Source: Sporofaciens sp. SGI.106
Lineage (GTDB): Bacteria; Bacillota; Clostridia; Lachnospirales; Lachnospiraceae
Length of the DNA: 64,000 nt
NCBI RefSeq assembly: GCF_050314255.1
Contig: NZ_JBNPMZ010000003.1
Coordinates: forward strand, 62,204 to 126,203
Direction of reading: 5' to 3'
Shown: one piece after another, positions 56,691-64,000 of the stretch
How positions within the stretch are numbered: the first letter of the stretch is position 1
Layout of the letters: each line of letters begins with the position of its first letter
Program-made: the position numbers and the translations under genes
The notes under the pieces: generated by a model
Told to the model about the DNA's origin: nothing
Databases searched by the model: none
The model's input: only the letters and a program-made list of their open reading frames with translations

Positions 56691-57131
56691 TCAAGGCTCA
56701 GCCACATTATAAAGCACTTTATTAAGCATTTTCTGCAATGCCTGTATTTCTTTTTTGGTCATTCCAATCGTCAGATTCTTATCGATTTTCCTGCGGTCAG
56801 ACTCCATACGTTTCTGAATGTCGTAGGCTTTCTCTGTCAGATACACATTCTTGCGTCTCTTGTCCTTAGCATTTGGAACGATCAGTATGAACCCTTTCTC
56901 ATCCAGCCTTTTCAGGATTCCGGTTACCGTAGGATTCTTCAGGCTTAATGCCTTCTCGATGTCTCTCTGATTCACTTCCTCTTTCTGGCAGTTGAAGAGA
57001 TAATCCAGCACTTCGCACTGGGATGACGTGATTCCCAGCCTCCGCAGTCGATTGTTGAAATCCTTCTCATATACATTATTAATCTGCTTGAACAGAAATC
57101 CTATTGGCAGTCTCTCCTGCATATTTCTCAC
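56691..57131 (-). CDS. MarR family transcriptional regulator
   Basis: LGITSSQCEVLDYL...NPTVTGILKRLDEKGFI winged HTH. Confidence 0.85.
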   Translation of the reverse strand: MRNMQERLPIGFLFKQINNVYEKDFNNRLRRLGITSSQCEVLDYLFNCQKEEVNQRDIEKALSLKNPTVTGILKRLDEKGFILIVPNAKDKRRKNVYLTEKAYDIQKRMESDRRKIDKNLTIGMTKKEIQALQKMLNKVLYNVAEP

Positions 57132-57245
57132 CCTTCCCTTATTATCAGGAACATCTGACGCCCCACCACTCTCATTTAATAGTCCCCTGTTAAAAGATAG
57201 TATGCTATATTTTTATCAAAAAAACAAGTGGGAACAGAAGATTTT

Positions 57246-58622
57246 TCAATCTTCTGCCGTCCGCATTATTTTCAGTTCCCGCAGCGCAAATCCAACAGCA
57301 ACTGCTGCCGATGCACCATCTGCAATAGGTCCCGCATACATCACACCGTCAATTCCCATAAATATTGGAAATATCACAATCAGCGGAAGCAGAAACAGCA
57401 CCTGTCTTGTAAGTGAAACAACGATTCCCAGTCTCGCCTTACCGATAGAAGTGAAAAATCCGGAAGACATGGGCTGAATTCCATTGATGAACGTCATGAA
57501 CATGTAAATTTTAAAATACCGCTCTGCAAAATAAAAATAGGCTTCGCTTCCTGTTCCGAAGATGCTCACCAATTGCCTTGGAAATGTCTGAAAACACCCG
57601 AAAAAGACTATTCCCACCATAAGGGATACCGTTGCTGCCTTCCGGTAGGTTTCTCTTACTCTTCCATAATTCTCCGCCCCGTAATTGAACCCCCATATAG
57701 GCTGGCATCCCTGCGATATTCCAATGCAGATTGCCATGAACACCATATTTACCTTGGAAATTACGCCGACGCAGGCGAGAGGGATATCCGTGCCGTACAT
57801 GGACATAGCTCCGTAATGCCGAAGCGTATTATTCATCACAATCTGAACCACAGCCATTGAAATCTGATTGATGCAGGATGCCATTCCCAAAGATACAATT
57901 GCTTTCAGGGCATGTCCCCTGGGGATCAGCATCTCTGCCTTCAATTCCATATTACAGCGTTTTGCAAAATAAAATATGACCATCATGCCGGATATCACCT
58001 GTCCGATCACCGTCGCCCATGCTGCACCTTGAATTCCCCAATGAAATCCAAATATAAACAGGGGATCCAGTATGGTATTGATAATAGCGCCCGTGAGCAT
58101 ACATGTCATGGAATAGGTTGGGCTTCTGTCCGCGCGGATCAGATGATTCCCACCGGTAGTCAGCACCAGAAAGGGAATTCCCCATGCCGTAATCCCCGTA
58201 TAATCCTGCGCAAAAGGAAGCACCTCCGGCGTTACTCCGAACAGCTGTAACAGCGGATTCAAAAAAAGAAGTACGATTACAGCGATAATACATCCACAGA
58301 TCACCAGCATGGAAAGCCCTGTTCCGGCAATGCGGACCGCCTCTTCCTTTCTGCCTGCCCCCGACTCAAGATTAAAATTAGATGCACTTCCGATTCCCAG
58401 AAGCAGAGCTGTTGCCGTACAGATAATGGAAATCGGAAATGCAATATTTGTTGCCGCATTTCCCAGCATTCCGACTCCCTGACCGATAAAAATCTGATCC
58501 ACTATATTATACAATGAACTAACCAGCATACTGATAATTGCCGGTATGGCAAATTTTGCAATCAGGCGGCTAATCCTCTCTGTGGCAAGTGGATTCGTCG
58601 TCTGCCCGTTTTTCATCTCCAT
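57246..58622 (-). CDS. MATE family efflux transporter
   Basis: 12 TM. MATE-like N-terminus (RLIAKFAIPAIISMLVSSLYNIVDQIFIG). Start chosen at MEMKNGQ. The longer ORF start lies in a repeat motif. Confidence 0.8.
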   Translation of the reverse strand: MEMKNGQTTNPLATERISRLIAKFAIPAIISMLVSSLYNIVDQIFIGQGVGMLGNAATNIAFPISIICTATALLLGIGSASNFNLESGAGRKEEAVRIAGTGLSMLVICGCIIAVIVLLFLNPLLQLFGVTPEVLPFAQDYTGITAWGIPFLVLTTGGNHLIRADRSPTYSMTCMLTGAIINTILDPLFIFGFHWGIQGAAWATVIGQVISGMMVIFYFAKRCNMELKAEMLIPRGHALKAIVSLGMASCINQISMAVVQIVMNNTLRHYGAMSMYGTDIPLACVGVISKVNMVFMAICIGISQGCQPIWGFNYGAENYGRVRETYRKAATVSLMVGIVFFGCFQTFPRQLVSIFGTGSEAYFYFAERYFKIYMFMTFINGIQPMSSGFFTSIGKARLGIVVSLTRQVLFLLPLIVIFPIFMGIDGVMYAGPIADGASAAVAVGFALRELKIMRTAED

Positions 58623-58812
58623 AACAATCTCTCTTTCTTTTCTCAACTTTCCCGTTACATGAACAAAGAGTTCCGCTCGCGGAACTCTCGCGCCTCCGGC
58701 GGTAGCCTGCGACATCTTCTGCTCACGCCGGAGTGCGTATCCCCCGGAAGGTTTTGTCGAATGTACGACAAAAACAAAAGACTTCTTGATTTCTCAAGAA
58801 GTCTTTACCAAG

Positions 58813-58885
58813 AGCGACAGACGGGGTTCGAACCCGCGACCCCGACCTTGGCAAGGTCGTACTCTACCAACTGAGCCACTGTCGC
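58813..58885 (-). tRNA. tRNA-Gly (anticodon GCC), no encoded CCA
   Basis: Minus strand GCGACAG-UG-GCUCAGUUGGUAGAGU-AC-GACCUUGCCAAGGUCG-GGGUC-GCGGGUUCGAACCCCGU-CUGUCGC-U. Cloverleaf with 7-bp acceptor stem. Anticodon loop UUGCCAA. Confidence 0.85.
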
Positions 58886-58995
58886 ATTTCTTATTTTGTG
58901 TTCCTCAGAACAATACATACTATACTACAGTGGCTCATGTTTGTCAACATCTTTTTTAAACTTTTTTTATTTTTTTTGCTTTTATTATTTTCCTG

Positions 58996-59433
58996 CTATT
59001 CTATAACCGGATCAGGGAATTCCGGCATATCACTTTCATCCATATCAGGTCCCGGTGTAACTGTCTTCTGTACAAAAGTGACCTGCATATCCTCACTGAC
59101 TTCAAACTCATAGGACACAGCATAAAGATACTCATTTTCTTCCCACTCTCTGCCGTAATAAAAATCCACAACCGTGCTGCCGGCATGTTCCGGGGAAAGA
59201 ACGAATTTCTGCACTCCCGGAGCACCGAGTTCATCGGACTCTGACGGAATCATCTCATCCTCAATCTCGAAAATCTCTTCACCGGATACCTCTTTCTGTT
59301 CGTCATCCCACTCGTACCCCGTTGTCGGATTTGACTCCAGTTCAATGGTAACCTTCTGTGCCTTTGTCGTGGAACAGCCTGTAAGCGCAAGCCCCAGGAC
59401 CAGAATAATAGATAGTATTCTGCTTCTCTTCAT
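58996..59433 (-). CDS. lipoprotein, chagasin-like (I42 family) protease inhibitor
   Basis: Lipobox LTGCS. NPTTGYEW motif characteristic of the chagasin family. Confidence 0.55.
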   Translation of the reverse strand: MKRSRILSIILVLGLALTGCSTTKAQKVTIELESNPTTGYEWDDEQKEVSGEEIFEIEDEMIPSESDELGAPGVQKFVLSPEHAGSTVVDFYYGREWEENEYLYAVSYEFEVSEDMQVTFVQKTVTPGPDMDESDMPEFPDPVIE

Positions 59434-59445
59434 ATTTTTCTCCTT

Positions 59446-61236
59446 TTACTCTTCCTCTGGTACAACTGTAAGTCCCAGTTCATCCAACTGCTTCTGATCC
59501 ACTCTGGCAGGTGCTTCCGTCATCAGGTCAGATGCATCCTTTACCTTCGGGAACGCAATGACATCACGGATACTGTCCTCTTTTGCCATCAGCATAACCA
59601 GACGATCCAGTCCATAAGCCAGTCCTGCATGTGGCGGTACGCCATATTTGAACGCCGTCAGAAGGAATCCGAACTGCTCCTGTGCCTGTTCCGGTGTAAA
59701 TCCAAGCACCTCGAACATCTTGCTTTGAACCTCCGGATTGAAGATACGCACACTTCCTCCGCCAATCTCATTTCCATTTAATGTAATATCATAAGCCTTT
59801 GCGCGGACACGTCCCGGATCACTGTCAATATACTGTAAATCCTCTTCCATCGGCATGGTAAACGGATGATGCATTGCGGTGAAACGGTTCTGCTCTTCAC
59901 TCCACTCCAGAAGCGGGAATTCGGTAATCCACAGGAACTTGTATTCATTCTTATCAAGAAGATCCATCTGGCGTGCCAGCTCCAGACGAAGTGCTCCCAG
60001 CACATCCCATACTACTTTATTTTTATCAGCTGCAAATAACAGAAGGTCTCCATTTTCTCCGCCCATGGCCTCGATCAGCGCCTTCATGCCTTCCTCTGTC
60101 ATAAATTTTGCAAAAGAAGATTTCACAGTACCGTCTTCCTGAATTGCGATATAAGCAAGACCCTTTGCACCGTAATCCTTAGCAAAATCAACCAGCTTGT
60201 CAATTTTCTTTCTTGGCATTGCGCCCTGGCCCTTCGCGTTAATACCACGGACAGTTCCTCCATTTTCAATTGCATTTTTAAATACAACAAACTCACAGTC
60301 TTTTACTGTTTCCGTTACGTTCTGAAGCTCCATTCCAAAACGGACATCCGGTTTATCAGAACCGTAACGATCCATTGCCTCCTGCCAGGTCATTCTCGGA
60401 ATCGGCAGCTCGATTTCCAGACCGAGAACCTCGTTAAATAATTTTGCAAGAAGTCTTTCATTTACATCAATAACATCGTCCACATCTACGAAGGACAGCT
60501 CCATATCAATCTGGGTAAATTCCGGCTGACGGTCTGCACGCAGATCCTCGTCACGGAAACATTTTACAATCTGGAAATAACGGTCATATCCGGAGCACAT
60601 CAGAAGCTGTTTGAAAATCTGAGGTGACTGCGGAAGCGCATAGAAATTCCCCGGATGAACACGGCTCGGCACAAGATAGTCTCTTGCGCCTTCCGGTGTA
60701 CTCTTAATCAGGAAAGGAGTCTCGATCTCCAGGAATCCTTCCTCTGCCAGGAACTGACGGGTAAGAGTTGCCACCTGACTTCTCATCATCAGATTTCTCT
60801 GAATGTCAGGTCTTCTAAGGTCCAGGAAACGATATTTCAGTCGAAGTTCTTCCTTTGTCTTGGAATTCTCCTCAATCGGGAACGGTGGTGTCTCGGACTC
60901 GGACAAAACACGAAGCTCTGTCGGCAGAATCTCGATCTCACCGGTTGCCAGATTCGTATTCACTGCACCGGAGCGCTTTTCTATTTTTCCCACCATTGCC
61001 ACAACATATTCAGAACGGAGGCCTGCCGCTTTCTCAATTAATGCGGCATCGCAGCTTCCCTCCTCGAATACTGCCTGTATAATACCGGAACGGTCTCTTA
61101 CATCTACAAAGACCAGTCCACCTTTGTTACGATTCTTCTGCACCCATCCCATAATGGTTACAGTCTCACCCACATTTGCTGCAGATAATTCGCCACAGCG
61201 GTGAGTTCTCTTTAATCCCTGCATTGTTTCAGCCAT
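59446..61236 (-). CDS. aspS: aspartate--tRNA ligase
   Basis: Class II aaRS motifs (FRDEDLRADRQPEFTQ..., GGGSVRI, GLDRLVM). OB-fold N-terminus. Confidence 0.95.
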   Translation of the reverse strand: MAETMQGLKRTHRCGELSAANVGETVTIMGWVQKNRNKGGLVFVDVRDRSGIIQAVFEEGSCDAALIEKAAGLRSEYVVAMVGKIEKRSGAVNTNLATGEIEILPTELRVLSESETPPFPIEENSKTKEELRLKYRFLDLRRPDIQRNLMMRSQVATLTRQFLAEEGFLEIETPFLIKSTPEGARDYLVPSRVHPGNFYALPQSPQIFKQLLMCSGYDRYFQIVKCFRDEDLRADRQPEFTQIDMELSFVDVDDVIDVNERLLAKLFNEVLGLEIELPIPRMTWQEAMDRYGSDKPDVRFGMELQNVTETVKDCEFVVFKNAIENGGTVRGINAKGQGAMPRKKIDKLVDFAKDYGAKGLAYIAIQEDGTVKSSFAKFMTEEGMKALIEAMGGENGDLLLFAADKNKVVWDVLGALRLELARQMDLLDKNEYKFLWITEFPLLEWSEEQNRFTAMHHPFTMPMEEDLQYIDSDPGRVRAKAYDITLNGNEIGGGSVRIFNPEVQSKMFEVLGFTPEQAQEQFGFLLTAFKYGVPPHAGLAYGLDRLVMLMAKEDSIRDVIAFPKVKDASDLMTEAPARVDQKQLDELGLTVVPEEE

Positions 61237-61266
61237 GATTTTCTCCTCTTTCTTCTCTCTTCTATT

Positions 61267-62538
61267 CTACAGACGATCCACGGAATCTGCATAACAGTCA
61301 ACGATCTCTGTATATCCTTCTGCTTCCAGCTGTTCCTTCTGGAATTTCTTATTCTTCTTCATATTTGCGATCAGAGTCTGACATCCTGCTTCACGGTCTG
61401 CCTTTGCCAGTGAAAGCACCTTCAGCATGCCTTCCTTCGGCATCTTCTTCTCAATCAGATATGCTTTCTTCTTACCTGCACTTGGCACCTCGTATCCATT
61501 TTCCAGAAGCAGCATGACAATACGCTCAAATCCAATGGAGAATCCACATGCCGGCGTATCCTGTCCGGTAAATTTGCCGATCATCTTATCGTATCGTCCG
61601 CCTCCGGCAACGGAGCCTCCGAAGTCGTCCATGGTAATCTCGAAAATAGTTCCTGTATAGTAGGACTGACCGCGTACAAGGGTCGGATCAAAACGAATCT
61701 GGAATTCTGCCTCTTTTGCCGCCTCAACACTGGAAATGATCATCTCCATACCATCTGCGGTCTCATCCTTCAGGCAGTCGCCGAGCTTCTCCTTCAGATA
61801 ACGGATACCGGCTATATCCGGAGTTACCTCATCGAACAGTCCGAGATATGCATCCACACTGGCTTTTGCATAACCCATTTCTTCCAGTTCTGCAGCAACG
61901 CCGTCTTTGCCGATCTTGTCCATCTTGTCCAGGATAATGAATACTTCATCATAATCCTCTTCCCTGAATCCACAGTATGCTGCCATTGCCTTCAGGATAT
62001 TTCTGTCATTGATGTTCACAGTAAAGTTCCTGAAATTCAATTTACCAAGCATGGCAGTCGTTGCCAGGATCAGCTCGATCTCCGCAAGATTTCCTGCCTC
62101 ACCCAGAATGTCGATATCGCACTGGGTAAACTGGCGGAATCTTCCTCTCTGCGGACGGTCTGCGCGCCATACGCTTCCGATCTGCATCGCCTTAAATGGT
62201 GAAGGAAGTTCATTGGCATGATTGGAATAATATCTTGCAAGCGGAACGGTCAGGTCATAGCGAAGTCCGCCGTCCACCAGATCATTTTCCTCTTTTGCCT
62301 CAGCAATCTTAAGCTTCTCTCCACGCTTTAAGATCTTGAAAATTAACTTCTCATTGTCACCGCCCTGCTTGCTGCAGAGATTCTCAATATGCTCTACGCA
62401 AGGGGTCTCCATAGAAGAAAATCCGTATGTTTTGTAAGTTTCCTTAATCAGGTGAATTACATAATCGCGAATCTCCATCTCCTTTGGAAGGATGTCCTTC
62501 ATTCCTGTGACCGGTTTTTTCTTTAACGCCATAACCAT
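61267..62538 (-). CDS. hisS: histidine--tRNA ligase
   Basis: GMKDILPKE, class II motifs, HGG-like insertion, 423 aa. Confidence 0.9.
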   Translation of the reverse strand: MVMALKKKPVTGMKDILPKEMEIRDYVIHLIKETYKTYGFSSMETPCVEHIENLCSKQGGDNEKLIFKILKRGEKLKIAEAKEENDLVDGGLRYDLTVPLARYYSNHANELPSPFKAMQIGSVWRADRPQRGRFRQFTQCDIDILGEAGNLAEIELILATTAMLGKLNFRNFTVNINDRNILKAMAAYCGFREEDYDEVFIILDKMDKIGKDGVAAELEEMGYAKASVDAYLGLFDEVTPDIAGIRYLKEKLGDCLKDETADGMEMIISSVEAAKEAEFQIRFDPTLVRGQSYYTGTIFEITMDDFGGSVAGGGRYDKMIGKFTGQDTPACGFSIGFERIVMLLLENGYEVPSAGKKKAYLIEKKMPKEGMLKVLSLAKADREAGCQTLIANMKKNKKFQKEQLEAEGYTEIVDCYADSVDRL

Positions 62539-63989
62539 TCTCCTTTTCGCTCTATCATTTCATCAATACGGGAAATATAGGATCTGATATCCTTCACATT
62601 CTCCACACGCATTAATGTTGTCTTTCGCTTATTTTTGCTGCCCGGAACTTCCATCGGCTCATCCAGCACGATCTTCGTAGAGGCCCCTGCTCCTGCCGCA
62701 GCAATGGATTGCTTTTCTTCCATAATAAGTATATTGTATATTCCGGCTTTGTCAACCTTTGCATAACCAACATTTTCAAAATTACCGGCAATATTTTTCT
62801 GACGATACAGGTAGTAGGGCACCAGTCCCAGATCCCCGGCCGCTTCATACGCAAGCTCGATCATATCAGACAGCGAACGGGCCATTTTCTGCGGTTGCCT
62901 CTTAAGTTCTTCCATTCCTTCTACAAATCCTCTGACCGTCTGCTCCTGCCCCATCTTCGCCGCCCGTTTGATAGCTAAAGAGTGAACCGTCAGGCTATCC
63001 GGCCTCATTTCTTTAATCTGGCGCAGCGTATCAGCCATATCCGTGACATTCTCTCCCGGAAGCCCGGCAATCAGATCCATGTTAATATTATCAAAGCCCA
63101 GCGAACGGGCCATCTCATAGACTCTTCTGATGTCCTCCACCGTGTGTTTCCTTCCGATCACATCCAGCGTTTTCTGCTGCATGGTCTGCGGATTGATGGA
63201 AATACGGGTAATATCATGCTCTCTCAGAACCCGGAGCTTTGCTTCCGTAATACTGTCAGGACGCCCCGCCTCCACCGTATATTCCAGAAGATGCTCTCTG
63301 GAAAATGTCCGGTCGATGCAGGATAGAAGTCTGTCCAGCTGTTTTTCAGTCAGCGTCGTCGGAGTACCGCCTCCGATATAAATCGTATTCAGTTTCTTAT
63401 TTTCAGATACACTTCCGATAAAGGCAATCTCCTTACACAATGCATCCAGATATGCATCCACATAATCCTTCCATTCGGAAATGGCACCGGAACTGAATGA
63501 ACAATAGCTGCACACGGTCGGGCAGAAAGGGATCCCGACGTAGAGGCTGTAGCCGTTCTGATAATCTAGAGGCCGGAGAATTTCCCGTTCTCTGAGGGCA
63601 ATCTCGTAAGCCAGCTTTGCCTTTTTTTCACTGACCAGCGAATCACTCTGGAACCATTTGATAAAGGATTCCCGATCCATCCCCTCTTCCACCTTCTGCA
63701 TGGCAATTTTGGTGGGACGGACGCCGGTCAGAATTCCCCATGCAAGAGAACGGCCGGTCTTCTCCTCCAAATTCTGATACAGCCAGGTATCGATCAGATA
63801 TTTACGCTGTCTGCGCAGATTCTCTGAACGTTCAGCCCCAGGCTCTTCCTGCCGTATTTCCCTGTTTTGTTCCAGATCCTCTATATTTACTTCCATCTGC
63901 TGTCCATCCGGAAGCGTAATTTTCAAAAGCCTGTCAGCTTCCGCATCCACCTGCTGTCGTACTTCCTCTCCCGGGAAAAAGGCCTTCAC
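62523..63989 (-). CDS. radical SAM protein, HemN/HemZ (coproporphyrinogen dehydrogenase)-like
   Basis: GIPFCPTVCSYCSF CxxxCxxC motif after an N-terminal extension of about 150 aa. Confidence 0.7.
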   Translation of the reverse strand: MKAFFPGEEVRQQVDAEADRLLKITLPDGQQMEVNIEDLEQNREIRQEEPGAERSENLRRQRKYLIDTWLYQNLEEKTGRSLAWGILTGVRPTKIAMQKVEEGMDRESFIKWFQSDSLVSEKKAKLAYEIALREREILRPLDYQNGYSLYVGIPFCPTVCSYCSFSSGAISEWKDYVDAYLDALCKEIAFIGSVSENKKLNTIYIGGGTPTTLTEKQLDRLLSCIDRTFSREHLLEYTVEAGRPDSITEAKLRVLREHDITRISINPQTMQQKTLDVIGRKHTVEDIRRVYEMARSLGFDNINMDLIAGLPGENVTDMADTLRQIKEMRPDSLTVHSLAIKRAAKMGQEQTVRGFVEGMEELKRQPQKMARSLSDMIELAYEAAGDLGLVPYYLYRQKNIAGNFENVGYAKVDKAGIYNILIMEEKQSIAAAGAGASTKIVLDEPMEVPGSKNKRKTTLMRVENVKDIRSYISRIDEMIERKGEWLWR

Positions 63990-64000
63990 AAGGTGATAAA

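Noticed and set aside
58623-58715. Longer N-terminal extension of the MATE ORF (MSQATAGGARVPRAELFVHVTGKLRKEREIV)
   Set aside because: The extension is encoded by the interspersed GC-rich leader motif and is not MATE-like. The internal Met (MEMKNGQ) is the likely start.

Overview
The window looks like a Firmicutes (Clostridia / Lachnospiraceae-like) chromosomal segment. Almost all genes are on the minus strand.

Housekeeping genes:
- rarA, tcdA, nadE, hslO, ilvB-ilvN-ilvE behind a T-box leader, thyA-folA, aspS, hisS, a HemZ-like radical SAM gene, and tRNA-Gly(GCC).

Accessory islands:
- A small NRPS-like cluster (GrpB, a single A-T-C module, two ABC half-exporters, a short poly(A)-polymerase/CCA-type nucleotidyltransferase), with an IS200/RAYT-like transposase and its hairpin element beside it.
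- An ECF sigma / anti-sigma pair sitting inside tandem, partly deleted copies of a DUF3793 - Rpn-nuclease unit.
- The most interesting region: a roughly 17 kb, 17-gene co-directional array. It holds two paralogous cassettes (SPFH/band-7 protein with C-terminal zinc ribbons, two-zinc-ribbon membrane protein, TPM-domain protein; one copy also carries a DUF4428 protein with Q/N/M/G-rich repeats). The cassettes flank a LiaSR-type (HisKA_3 / LuxR) two-component system, a second degenerate sensor and a degenerate receiver. From memory, the cassettes resemble the Bacillus subtilis sigma-W-controlled pspA-ydjGHI envelope-stress module, but here there is no PspA, the gene order is inverted, the unit is duplicated, and it is wired to a two-component system.
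- A TetR / MMPL / YhgE-Pip-like locus and a GntR / ABC-2 operon.

Several small repeat families are also present, including 52-bp dyad tandem repeats, 60-bp hairpin terminator elements and a 30-bp leader motif. All functions are inferred from motifs read in the translations. Nothing was searched against a database.
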